Source: Nannocystis bainbridge (lineage in GTDB: Bacteria > Myxococcota_A > Polyangia > Nannocystales > Nannocystaceae). Taken from it: DNA of 64,000 nt. Positions 28,451 through 37,985 of the stretch are shown here, in pieces; the stretch's first letter is position 1, and every line of letters starts with the position of its first letter. The stretch lies in the NCBI RefSeq assembly GCF_028368995.1, contig NZ_JAQNDL010000001.1:3040001-3104000 (forward strand), given 5' to 3'. The translations under genes and the position numbers were made by a program. The notes beneath the pieces were generated by a model, which was given only the letters and a program-made list of their open reading frames with translations, had not been told where the DNA came from and ran no database searches.

Positions 28451-30172
28451 ATGCGACTCCCCTCCCAAGCCCCCCTCGCCGCGGTCCTCGTCCCGCTCCT
28501 GCTGACCGGTTGCCCCGGCCTCCTGGGCAACGCGACCGGCGGCACCGACGGCGACACCTCGACCTCGACGACCACCGGCCCGGCGCCGACCACGATCCCC
28601 GACCTCACCACCACCGGCTTCATGCTCGAGTGCTACCCGGGCACCCTGCGCTGCGACCCGAAGAACAAGGGCGTGGTCCAGGAGTGCAAGGACACCGGCC
28701 TGGCGTGGGAGTCGACCCCCTGCACCGACGTCGAGGACTGCATCGAGGACGTCAGCGCCGGCACCGCCGAGTGCACCGGCCCGTGCGAGCGCATCGACAA
28801 CCCGACCTCGGTCGGCTGCGAGTTCCTCGCCATCCGCATGAACAGCTTCAACTTCGAGGACGATGCCAAGGATGTTCTGATCGTCGGCAACACCGACACG
28901 ACGCGCACGGCCCAGATCCAGCTGTGGTTCACGCCCAACAACAGCTTCACCGAGGAGCCGCTGTTCGAGCCGGTGCTGCTCGGGCCCGGCGAGTCGCACA
29001 TCTTCGACGTCGTCAACGACACGCTGAAGGGCTACACCGCGTTCCGCACCGGCGGCGTGTTCCGCGTCGAGAGCGACGTGCCGGTCACCGCCTACCTGCA
29101 CTCGGCGCTCGCCAACACCGCCAGCAACGACTCGTCGATGCTGCTGCCGACGCCGACCCTGGCCAAGGACTACGTCATCGCCTCGTACCCCGGCTTCGCC
29201 GACCCGGTGAAGCCCGACGAGATCAACGGCCGGCCGAGCTACTTCAACGTCATCGCCGTCGAGGACAACACCACCGTCCAGTGGGTCGCCCCGCGCGACA
29301 CCGCCGCCCAGGGCGTCCTCATCCCCGCGGTCCCGGCCGGCGAGACGGGCACGATCACGCTCAACCGCTTCGACGTGCTGCAGGTCGGCGCGTCGTCGGC
29401 CACCAACATGGAGATGATCACCCACGACCTGTCGGGCACGGTCGTCAGCGCCGACAAGAAGATCTGGGTGATGGGCGCGACCGAGTGCGCGTTCGTGCCG
29501 TTCACCGTCGGCTACTGCAACCACCTGCAGGAGCAGATGATCCCGCTCGAGTACTGGGGCAAGAAGTACGTCGGCCCCCACTCGCCGTCGCGGGCGATGG
29601 AGAAGCACTACTGGCGGATCTACGCCGGCAAGGACGGCGTCACCGTCACCGTCGAGTCCAACGACCAGAGCTTCAAGGTGCAGCCGATCACGCTGGTCAA
29701 GCGCGGCGACTGGAAGGAGATCGAGGTCCCGCACAACGTCAGCCTGATCTTCACCGCGACCGGGCCGATCCTGCCGGTGCAGTACCTGACGGGCGGCAAG
29801 GCGGCCAACAACATCGGCGACCCCGCGATGTACCAGATGATCGCCGTCGAGCAGTGGCTGACCCGCTACGCGGTCGTCACCGGCATCGGCTACGAGCTCA
29901 ACTACGCCCAGGTGATCCGCAAGAAGGGCGCCGCCGACGTCTCGATCAACGGCCAGACCGTCACCGGCTGGTACCTCATCAACGGCACCGGCGCGGACAA
30001 CCAGTGGGAGGTCGCCGACTACCAGCTGGCCGACGGCGCCGAGGCCCGCAGCTACGTCGCCGAGTCGACCGACCCCTTCAACATCGTCGTCCTCGGCTAC
30101 CAGCCCGGCATCCCCAGCTCGGCCTACGCCTACCCCGGCGGCATGAACCTCAAGAAGATCTACGCCCCGTGA
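28451..30172 (+). CDS. IgGFc-binding-like domain lipoprotein
   Basis: LLTGC, SVGCEFLA, CNHLQEQM, GDPAM, AYAYPGGM. Confidence 0.85.
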   Translation: MRLPSQAPLAAVLVPLLLTGCPGLLGNATGGTDGDTSTSTTTGPAPTTIPDLTTTGFMLECYPGTLRCDPKNKGVVQECKDTGLAWESTPCTDVEDCIEDVSAGTAECTGPCERIDNPTSVGCEFLAIRMNSFNFEDDAKDVLIVGNTDTTRTAQIQLWFTPNNSFTEEPLFEPVLLGPGESHIFDVVNDTLKGYTAFRTGGVFRVESDVPVTAYLHSALANTASNDSSMLLPTPTLAKDYVIASYPGFADPVKPDEINGRPSYFNVIAVEDNTTVQWVAPRDTAAQGVLIPAVPAGETGTITLNRFDVLQVGASSATNMEMITHDLSGTVVSADKKIWVMGATECAFVPFTVGYCNHLQEQMIPLEYWGKKYVGPHSPSRAMEKHYWRIYAGKDGVTVTVESNDQSFKVQPITLVKRGDWKEIEVPHNVSLIFTATGPILPVQYLTGGKAANNIGDPAMYQMIAVEQWLTRYAVVTGIGYELNYAQVIRKKGAADVSINGQTVTGWYLINGTGADNQWEVADYQLADGAEARSYVAESTDPFNIVVLGYQPGIPSSAYAYPGGMNLKKIYAP

Positions 30173-30265
30173 CCGCGAGGCGCGGCGATCCTGCCGCGCT
30201 CGCCTGCTGTCCCTTTGCACCTGGTCTTCGGGCCAGGTCCTGCTTATCATGATTGGATTGCATCG

Positions 30266-31981
30266 ATGCCCCACCTTTACGCTCCCCGCGTGTGTCTGGG
30301 CGCGCTCGTGCTGCTCGCGGCCTGCCCCGACCTGATCAACCCCGCCGACAGCGCCAGCGCCAGCGCCACCACGACCGCCACCGGCGAACCGGCGACCACC
30401 ACCACCACGGCGCCCGACCCGACCACCGGCTTCGAGCCGCTGTGTCTGCCCGGCCAGACCCGCTGCGACCCCGGGCAGGCCAACGTGCTGCAGACCTGCA
30501 AGGCCACCGGCACCGAGTGGGAGTCGAGCCCGTGCGCGCACCAGTGCGTCGACGACATCGAGTCGTCCGCGTGCGCCGGCCCGTGCGACACCGACGACGA
30601 CCCGACCTCGATCGGCTGCGAGTTCCTGGCCATCCGCATGGACAGCCACAACGGCCCCGACGAACCCGACGCGCTGATCGTCGGCAACACCGACCCCGAC
30701 GAGCTCGCCGCCGTCCAGCTCTACTACACCCCGGCCAACGACTTCACCGAGCAGGCGATCCTCGACCCGGTAATCCTCGCGCCCGGCGAGTCGCACGTGT
30801 TCGACATCACCGTCGACCCGCTGGCGTTCACCAGCTTCCGCAACGGCGGGGTGTTCCGCCTCGTCAGCGACCGCCCGGTCGCCGCCTACCTGCACTCGCC
30901 GCTCGCCAACGACTCCAGCAACGACGCCTCGATGCTGCTGCCGGTCCGCTGGCTGCGCAAGGACTACGTCGTCGCCTCGTGGCCGCCGTTCGTCGACGCC
31001 GCCCAGCCCGACACCATCAACGGCCGCCCCAGCTACTTCACCGTCATCGCCCTCGAGGACGACACCACCGTGACGTGGCAGCCGCGCCAGCGCACCGCCG
31101 GCTTCGGCACCCAGTTCGAGGCGGTCGAGCCGGGCGCCACCGGGACCAAGGTCATGCACCGCTTCGACGTGCTGCAGGTCGCCGCCTCCTCGCCGCCGGG
31201 CGACACCGACTACGTGCACCACGACGTGTCCGGCACGCTCGTCAGCGCCGACAAGAACATCTGGGTCATGGGCGCGACCGACTGCGCCTACGTGCCGTTC
31301 GGCTCCGGGTGGTGCAACCACCTCCAGGAGCAGATGATCCCGCTCGAGTACTGGGGCAGCACGTACATCGGCCCGCCCTCGCCCCCGCGCTCCGGCACCG
31401 AGAAGCAGTACTGGCGCGTCTACGCCGGCGACGACGACGTCACGCTCGCCATCACCAACAGCGGCGACGCCAACACCGAGTTCAAGATGCTCGCCGAGCG
31501 CGGCGAGTTCGTCGAGGTCGAGGCCGATTTCGGCGTCAGCCTGCTGTTCGTCGGCCTCAACGACGCGCCGATCCTCCCGGTCCAGTATTTGGCCGGCAAC
31601 GAGGCCGCGGGCGGGATCGGCGACCCGGCGATGATCCAGATGATCGCCGTCGAGCAGTGGCGCGATCGTTACGTGTTCGTGACGGGCGCCGACTACGAAG
31701 CCAACTTCGTGCAGATCGTGCGCCGCACCGGCGGCGCGGACGTGACGATCGACGGCCAGGTCGTCGGCGACTGGAAGCTCGCCAACTTCGCGGGCGACGA
31801 CAACTATCAGATCGCCGACTTCCCGCTGCCTGGCGGCGCCGACGCGATCACCTCCATGGCGGCCTCGACCGAACCGTTCGGCATCCACGTGATCGGCTAC
31901 AACCCGGCCGGTCCGGGCGACAAGACCTCGGCCTACGCCTATCCCGGCGGCATGCGGCTCGAGAAGTTGTTCGTGCCGTGA
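30266..31981 (+). CDS. IgGFc-binding-like domain lipoprotein (tandem paralog)
   Basis: LLAAC and the same motif set; closely similar to 28451-30172. Confidence 0.85.
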   Translation: MPHLYAPRVCLGALVLLAACPDLINPADSASASATTTATGEPATTTTTAPDPTTGFEPLCLPGQTRCDPGQANVLQTCKATGTEWESSPCAHQCVDDIESSACAGPCDTDDDPTSIGCEFLAIRMDSHNGPDEPDALIVGNTDPDELAAVQLYYTPANDFTEQAILDPVILAPGESHVFDITVDPLAFTSFRNGGVFRLVSDRPVAAYLHSPLANDSSNDASMLLPVRWLRKDYVVASWPPFVDAAQPDTINGRPSYFTVIALEDDTTVTWQPRQRTAGFGTQFEAVEPGATGTKVMHRFDVLQVAASSPPGDTDYVHHDVSGTLVSADKNIWVMGATDCAYVPFGSGWCNHLQEQMIPLEYWGSTYIGPPSPPRSGTEKQYWRVYAGDDDVTLAITNSGDANTEFKMLAERGEFVEVEADFGVSLLFVGLNDAPILPVQYLAGNEAAGGIGDPAMIQMIAVEQWRDRYVFVTGADYEANFVQIVRRTGGADVTIDGQVVGDWKLANFAGDDNYQIADFPLPGGADAITSMAASTEPFGIHVIGYNPAGPGDKTSAYAYPGGMRLEKLFVP

Positions 31982-32170
31982 ACCGCGTCCGCGGGGCGCG
32001 AGAAGGACCGCGCCCTGCCCCGTCCCTGGGTCCACGTCGGTCGATCGTCCGCCGAGCTCGCGCATCGCCGACCCGGCTCTACCTTGCAGGCGCGTGAGGC
32101 TGAGAAAGCTCGCTCGCCTCGCACCACCCCGCGGCGCTCGGTCGCCCGGCTTTCCGCTACCCTCCCGGCG

Positions 32171-33736
32171 ATGTCGAAGCTCTCCTATCGTCTTGGATTC
32201 GCGCTCCTTGTCCTTCCTGCTTGTAGCAATCCGGCCCCGGCCGACACCGACGGTGACACCGACACGTCGACCAGCACGTCGACCACCGACGGCACCCAGA
32301 CCACCGCCGGGCCGACCACCGACACGCCGACCACCTCGACCACCGTCGACCCGACCGTCTCGACCACTGACTCCTCCACCACCGAGTCGGTGACCTCGAC
32401 GACCACGACGACCGAGACCACCGACACGACCGACACCGCGTCGACCACCGACTCCACGTCGACCACCGACTCCACGTCGACCACCGAAACGACCTCGACC
32501 ACCGACGCCCCGGACCAGTGCGGCGACGGCGAGAAGAACGGCGACGAGACCGACACCGACTGCGGCGGCCCGACCTGCTCGCCCTGCACCGACGGCGGCA
32601 CCTGCCAGGTCGACACCGACTGCGACAGCAACAGCTGCATCAACGAAGTCTGCGGCCTGCCGCCCGCGGCCTGCCTCGACGGCCAGCAGAACAACCTCGA
32701 GACCGACATCGACTGCGGCGGCGGCGAGTGTCCCGCCTGCGCCGACGACCAGATCTGCGCCGTGCCCGAGGACTGCGTCTCGAAGGTCTGCACCGACGAG
32801 GTCTGCGTGGCCGCCAGCTGCGAGGACCAGATCGTCAACGGCGAGGAGTCCGACGTCGACTGCGGCGGCCTCACCTGCGACAAGTGCGTCGACGGCGACA
32901 CCTGCAACGGCGGCAACGACTGCGAGAGCGGCGTCTGCGACAACAGCGTGTGCTCGCCCGCGACCTGCGAGGACACCGAGAAGAACGGCAGCGAGACCGA
33001 CGTCGACTGCGGCGGCCCCGACTGCGACCCGTGCGAGGGCGGCCTGGCCTGCGAGACCAACGACGACTGCGCCGAGAACAACTGCACCAACAACGTGTGC
33101 GTCGGCGTCTCGTGCCAGGACGGCATCCAGAACGGCGGGGAGACCGGCGTCGACTGCGGCGGCCCCGACTGCGGCTCCTGCCCGATCCTCGGCCTCATCA
33201 TCAACGAGATCGACTACGACCAGGTCGACAGCGACTCCGAGGAGTTCATCGAGCTCCTCAACACGACCGCCGCGCCGATCGACCTCGCGGACCACAAGGT
33301 CCTCCTGATCAACGGCAGCAACAACAACCCGTACGCGACCATCGACATCTCCGGCGCCGGCTCGATCCAGCCGAACCAGTACCTGGTCATCGCCAAGGCC
33401 GCGTTCGTCGCCCCCAACGGCGCGCTCAAGGTCAACTTCGCCGGCAGCGTCGACCAGATCCAGAACGGCTCGCCCGACGGTATCGCCCTCGTGTCCGGCA
33501 CGACCCTCGTCGACGCCCTCAGCTACGAGGGTCCCATCACCATGGCCAACACCAACATCGTCGGCCTCGGGGTCGTCAGCCTGGTCGAGGGCACCGTCCT
33601 GCCGATGAACATCCAGGACTCGAACACCGAGAAGCGCTCGCTCGTGCGCCTGCCCAACGGCAACGACACCAACAACGCCGCCACCGACTGGAAGCTGTCG
33701 GCCAACCCCACCCCCGGCGCTGCCAACGTCCCCTGA
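32171..33736 (+). CDS. Cys-repeat lipoprotein with C-terminal lamin-tail-like domain
   Basis: Thr/Ser linker, five NxxE[TS]xxDCGG repeats, LIINEIDYD..EFIELLN, C-terminal PTPGAAN. Confidence 0.85.
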   Translation: MSKLSYRLGFALLVLPACSNPAPADTDGDTDTSTSTSTTDGTQTTAGPTTDTPTTSTTVDPTVSTTDSSTTESVTSTTTTTETTDTTDTASTTDSTSTTDSTSTTETTSTTDAPDQCGDGEKNGDETDTDCGGPTCSPCTDGGTCQVDTDCDSNSCINEVCGLPPAACLDGQQNNLETDIDCGGGECPACADDQICAVPEDCVSKVCTDEVCVAASCEDQIVNGEESDVDCGGLTCDKCVDGDTCNGGNDCESGVCDNSVCSPATCEDTEKNGSETDVDCGGPDCDPCEGGLACETNDDCAENNCTNNVCVGVSCQDGIQNGGETGVDCGGPDCGSCPILGLIINEIDYDQVDSDSEEFIELLNTTAAPIDLADHKVLLINGSNNNPYATIDISGAGSIQPNQYLVIAKAAFVAPNGALKVNFAGSVDQIQNGSPDGIALVSGTTLVDALSYEGPITMANTNIVGLGVVSLVEGTVLPMNIQDSNTEKRSLVRLPNGNDTNNAATDWKLSANPTPGAANVP

Positions 33737-33754
33737 ACCCGCTATGCTCGGCGC

Positions 33755-35248
33755 ATGATCGCCGAGTATGAGGACCTCGACGGCCTCGCCCTCGCCGCCC
33801 TCGTGCGCGCGGGCGAGGTCTCGCCGCTCGAGCTGGTGGACGAGGCCATTCACCGCTGCGAGACCGACGGCGTCGCGCTCGGCGCCGTGGTCGCGCCGAT
33901 GTACGAGCGCGCCCGCGACCTGGCCCAGAGGACATTGCCCGAAGGGCCGTTTCGCGGCGTGCCGACGCTGCTCAAGGACCTGGTCTCCGGGGCCGAGGGC
34001 GCGCCGCTGCAGGGCGGCAGCCGGTTCCTGCGCGGCGTGGTGTCGCCGGCCGACTCGGAGATCGTGCGCCGCTACCGAGCCGCGGGCCTGATCCCGGTGG
34101 CCAAGTCCGCGACCTCCGAGTTCGGCATCGTCCCGACGGTCGAGACCCTGGCCCACGGCGCGTGCAGGAACCCGTGGGACCTGTCGCGCTCGGCCGGCGG
34201 CAGCAGCGGTGGTTCGGGCGCCGCCGTGGCCGCGCGCATCGTCCCGCTCGCCAGCGGCAGCGACGGCGGCGGCTCGATCCGGATCCCCGCCTCGTGCTGC
34301 GGATTGTTCGGCCTCAAGCCCACCCGCGGCCGCACCCCGATCGGCCCCGAGCGCGGCGAGGGCTGGCAGGGCTTCGCCGTCCTCCACGCGCTGACCCGCT
34401 CCGTCCGCGACAGCGCCGCCCTGCTCGACGCCACCTGCCTCCCGGAGCCTGGCGCCGCCTACTTCCCGGCCTCGCCGGCCCGCCCTTACCTCAGCGAGGT
34501 CTCGACCCCGCCGGGCCAGCTGCGCATCGCCGTCACCACCCGGCCGATGCTCGGCGGCCAGGTCCACGACGACTGCGTCGCCGCCGTCACGTCCGCCGCC
34601 GCCCTCCTGCGCGACCTCGGCCACCAGGTCGACGAGGCCGCGCCCGCGGTCGACGGCCCGGCCTTCTCGCGCGCCTTCTTCGCCATCCTCTGCGGCGAGG
34701 TCGCGGCCGACATCGACGAGGCCGCGCGCCTGACCGGCCGACGCCCGCGCGCCGGCGAGTTCGAGTTTGTCACCTGGACTTTGGGACAGATCGGCAAGGC
34801 CCTCGGCGCCGCCGACTTCGTGGCCGCCAAGCGCCACCTGCAGCGGGCCGCGCTGCAGATCGGCCCGTTCTTCGCCGACTATGACGTGCTCGTCACCCCG
34901 ACCCTGGCCCAGCCGCCCGCGCCGCTCGGCAGCCTCGGCCCGCAGGGCCTGTCCGCCTCGCTGATGAAGCTGCTCGGCCGCGCCCGCGCCGGCGGCCTGC
35001 TGCGCCGCCTCATGGCCCACGACCCCAGCGCCGACGACGTCTACGCCTACCTGCCGTGGACCCCCGTGTTCAACGTCACCGGCCAGCCTGCCATGTCGGT
35101 GCCGCTGCACTGGAGCCCCGCCGGCCTGCCGATCGGCGTCCAGTTCGTCGGCCGCTGGGGCGACGAGGCGACCCTGTTCCGCCTCGCCGGCGAGCTCGAG
35201 CGCGCGCGCCCGTGGGCCGGCCGTCGCCCGCCGCGCTTCACCGCCTGA
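33755..35248 (+). CDS. amidase (amidase signature family)
   Basis: GVPTLLKD, GGSSGGSGAAVA, SDGGGSIRIPAS. Confidence 0.93.
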   Translation: MIAEYEDLDGLALAALVRAGEVSPLELVDEAIHRCETDGVALGAVVAPMYERARDLAQRTLPEGPFRGVPTLLKDLVSGAEGAPLQGGSRFLRGVVSPADSEIVRRYRAAGLIPVAKSATSEFGIVPTVETLAHGACRNPWDLSRSAGGSSGGSGAAVAARIVPLASGSDGGGSIRIPASCCGLFGLKPTRGRTPIGPERGEGWQGFAVLHALTRSVRDSAALLDATCLPEPGAAYFPASPARPYLSEVSTPPGQLRIAVTTRPMLGGQVHDDCVAAVTSAAALLRDLGHQVDEAAPAVDGPAFSRAFFAILCGEVAADIDEAARLTGRRPRAGEFEFVTWTLGQIGKALGAADFVAAKRHLQRAALQIGPFFADYDVLVTPTLAQPPAPLGSLGPQGLSASLMKLLGRARAGGLLRRLMAHDPSADDVYAYLPWTPVFNVTGQPAMSVPLHWSPAGLPIGVQFVGRWGDEATLFRLAGELERARPWAGRRPPRFTA

Positions 35249-35286
35249 CCCGTGCGACCTGTCCTTCAGGACCTATCCTCTCCGAC

Positions 35287-35829
35287 ATGACCGATGAGAC
35301 ACCCTTGTGGTTGTTCGGCTACGGCTCGCTGATCTGGCGGCCGGCGATCCCCTACGCCGAGCGCTTGCCGGCCCGCGCCACCGGCTACGAGCGCCGCTTC
35401 TACCAGGGCTCGACCGACCACCGCGGCGTGCCCGAGGCCCCGGGTCGGGTCGTCACCCTCGTGCCCAGCGCGGCGGCCATCTGCGGCGGCGTCGCCTACC
35501 GCGTGGCCCCGGCCGACGTGCCCGCCGTGCTGCACACCCTCGACGTGCGCGAGCAGGGCGGCTACACCCGCCTCGAGCTGTCGGTGCAGGTCCTGGGAGC
35601 CGCGCCCGCCGAGGTCACCGCCCTCACCTACGTCGCCGCGCCCGGCAACCCCAACTGGCTCGGCCCCGCCTCCGCCGCCGCGATCGCCCGCCAGATCGCC
35701 CTCAGCCGCGGCCCCAGCGGCATGAACCGCGAGTACCTGGTCCGCCTCGCCGCCGCCCTGCGCGAGCTCGCCGTCGACGACCCCCACGTGTTCGAGCTCG
35801 AGCGCGAGGTCGGCGTCCACGACGATTGA
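35287..35829 (+). CDS. chaC: gamma-glutamylcyclotransferase (ChaC-like)
   Basis: WLFGYGSLIW, DHRGVPEAPGRVVTL, GPSGMNREY. Confidence 0.88.
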   Translation: MTDETPLWLFGYGSLIWRPAIPYAERLPARATGYERRFYQGSTDHRGVPEAPGRVVTLVPSAAAICGGVAYRVAPADVPAVLHTLDVREQGGYTRLELSVQVLGAAPAEVTALTYVAAPGNPNWLGPASAAAIARQIALSRGPSGMNREYLVRLAAALRELAVDDPHVFELEREVGVHDD

Positions 35830-35879
35830 TTTTTCTTCAAGAGACCGGGCCGCACCGGGATGCGCGTCGTAAGCACGAA

Positions 35880-35943
35880 CGAGATGTCCCTCGGGACATC
35901 TTCTTACACATGCTCCTTGGGACATGTCCCCGAGGACATTCGA
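35880..35943. repeat. degenerate phased CATG array
   Basis: GATG 35883, CATC 35897, CATG 35909 and 35923, CATT 35937 (one 12-bp step). Confidence 0.7.
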
Positions 35944-36003
35944 TTCGCCCCGACGCAGTCACCCTCGCGGTGCTCCGCCGCCGGACGGTGCTATCCTCGC
36001 CGC

Positions 36004-36951
36004 ATGCGCCTCGCCGTCGGCGTCCCTCTCGCGCTCTGCGCCCTCGCAGCCTGCTTCTCCGACAGCCCGCCGCAGCTGTCCACCGGCGGAGCCACGACCA
36101 CCGGCGACCTACCCCCCACGACCTCGACCGCGACGGGCGCGAACTCGACCTCGAGCTCGAGCACGAGCGAGCCCACGACCACCGACGCGCTCACCACCGA
36201 AGCGCCCACCACCGGCGGCTGTCCCATGGGCCAGCCCGAGACGCCCTGGTACCTCGACGGCGACGGCGACGGCTTCGGCGCCGGCGATCCGGCCGGGGTC
36301 GCCTGCGAGCCGCCGCCCGGCGCGGTCCTGGTCGCCGGCGACTGCGACGACACCGCGATCGCCATCAACCCCGACGCCGACGAGCTCTGCAACGCCGGCG
36401 TCGACGACGACTGCGACGGCCTCGTCGACGAGCACTCGCCCGCCAACCTCGAGTGCGACGGCTGCAGCCTGTCGGCGCTCGGCGACGCCACCTTCTGGGT
36501 CTGCAGCCAGCCGCTCGCCTTCAGCCCCGGCGAGGCCTTCTGCCAGCAGTACGGCGCCGCGGTCCACCTGGTCCACCCGCGCAACCCCACCGAGCTGGCC
36601 TTCGTCCGCGACCGCGTCCTCGACCACCTCGGCCAGCAGCCGGCCGAGCTGGGCTTCTGGACCGGGCTGCACCGCCGCGAGGCGCTGTGGGACGCCTGCA
36701 CCGTCAACCCGGACGCCATCGACTGGGTCGCGCTCGACGGCGCGCCCGTCGACTACCTGCCGTGGCGCCTCGGCGAGCCCAACAACGAGGACTGCTCCCC
36801 GCTGTGCACCACGGACGTCCTCGATGACCCCGAGTGCCCGCGCGAGAATTGCATCGAGCTCGCCGAGACCGCCACCGGCGCCTTCAACGACCGCGCCTGC
36901 AGCACCGCCGCCGCCGGCCTGGTCTGCCAGGCCCGTATCGTCGACCCCTGA
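36004..36951 (+). CDS. lipoprotein with putative metal-binding (DCDD..ELCN..DDDCDG) repeat and C-type lectin-like domain
   Basis: LAAC lipobox, WYLDGDGDGFG, FWTGL, WRLGEPNN, FNDRAC. Confidence 0.8.
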   Translation: MRLAVGVPLALCALAACFSDSPPQLSTGGATTTGDLPPTTSTATGANSTSSSSTSEPTTTDALTTEAPTTGGCPMGQPETPWYLDGDGDGFGAGDPAGVACEPPPGAVLVAGDCDDTAIAINPDADELCNAGVDDDCDGLVDEHSPANLECDGCSLSALGDATFWVCSQPLAFSPGEAFCQQYGAAVHLVHPRNPTELAFVRDRVLDHLGQQPAELGFWTGLHRREALWDACTVNPDAIDWVALDGAPVDYLPWRLGEPNNEDCSPLCTTDVLDDPECPRENCIELAETATGAFNDRACSTAAAGLVCQARIVDP

Positions 36952-36954
36952 CAC

Positions 36955-37042
36955 TGACATGTCCTTGAGGACATGTAGTTCCACACACCCGAGCGTCACT
37001 TCCTGCGTACGGCCCGAAGAACATGTTCCGAAAGACATGTAG
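36955..37042. repeat. two pairs of 14-bp-phased CATG units
   Basis: CATG at 36958/36972 and 37022/37036. Confidence 0.75.
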
Positions 37043-37180
37043 GTCACCGCTCGGGCCGGCCTCACGCCGCCCACCCGATCTACCGCGGCCCACGCCCAGG
37101 AGCCCACCCCACCGGGCGACATGTCCCCGAGACCGCGTCCGGCCACTCCCGCGCCTCCTCGCCCCTGACCTGCCAGCCCC

Positions 37181-37212
37181 GCGACCGTTCGACCGCCGCC
37201 CGCGACCGTTCG
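37181..37212 (+). promoter_or_regulatory. LytTR-type direct repeat GCGACCGTTCG x2, 21-bp period
   Basis: Copies at 37181 and 37202, upstream of the operon encoding the LytS/LytTR pair. Confidence 0.65.
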
Positions 37213-37269
37213 CCCGCCCGGCCGCGCCCGCGCGGACGACCGCGTGCCACCTTGCGCGTCGAGCCCTCG

Positions 37270-37386
37270 ATGTTCGCCCTCTTGCACAGCGTCTTCGCCC
37301 TCCTCCTCTCCCTCTTGCCGCTCGCGCTCGCGGCCGCGGCCTTCTTGCCGCTGCTCGACCTCGCCGCGCTGGAGGACCGGCGATGA
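37270..37386 (+). CDS. 38-aa hydrophobic small protein
   Basis: MFALLHSVFALLLSLLPLALAAAAFLPLLDLAALEDRR; ATGA overlap with the next gene. Confidence 0.55.
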   Translation: MFALLHSVFALLLSLLPLALAAAAFLPLLDLAALEDRR

Positions 37387-37985
37387 GCGCCCTCGCCCGC
37401 AAGCGCGCCTTTGACCTCGCGCTGCTGCTCCCGCTGGTCCCGCTGTTCGCCGTCGCCGTCGCCGCCCTCGCCTGCGGCGTGCTGCTGTGCGACGGTCGGC
37501 CGATCTTCTTCGCCCAGCCGCGCATCGGTCGCGACCGGCGGGTCTTCCACATCCTCAAGCTGCGCACCATGACCTGCGAGCCCGACCCCGCCGCGCGCCG
37601 CCCGACCCGCTTCGGCCGGTTCTTGCGCCTGCGCGGCCTCGACGAGCTGCCGCAGCTGTTGGTCAACGTCCTGCGCGGCGACATGAGCCTCGTCGGGCCG
37701 CGTCCGCTCACCGCCGCCGACGCCGAGCGGCTGATCGCCGAGCACCCGCCGTTCGCCCGCCGCTTCGACGTCCCGCCCGGGCTCACCGGCCTGGCCCAGG
37801 TCTACCTGGCCCAAGGGTCAGCCTTGACCGCCGCGCTCGACGCCGCCTACGCTGAGCAGCGCACCGCCCTGCTCGACCTCCGGATCCTCCTGCGCACCGC
37901 CTGGATGAACCTCGTCGGCAAGCGCCGCGGCGCCCTCCGCACCACGCTCCCGATCGGCCGCCCTCGCCACCTCTCATGGCCCTGA
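37383..37985 (+). CDS. bacterial sugar transferase (small monotopic phosphoglycosyl transferase)
   Basis: KRAFD, KLRTM, LDELPQL..NVLRGDMSLVGPRP, PGLTGLAQV. Confidence 0.9.
   Translation: MSALARKRAFDLALLLPLVPLFAVAVAALACGVLLCDGRPIFFAQPRIGRDRRVFHILKLRTMTCEPDPAARRPTRFGRFLRLRGLDELPQLLVNVLRGDMSLVGPRPLTAADAERLIAEHPPFARRFDVPPGLTGLAQVYLAQGSALTAALDAAYAEQRTALLDLRILLRTAWMNLVGKRRGALRTTLPIGRPRHLSWP

Noticed and set aside
28433-35110. 2225-aa minus-strand ORF
   Set aside because: Antisense shadow of four well-supported + strand genes; stop-poor frames are expected at this GC content; no motifs.
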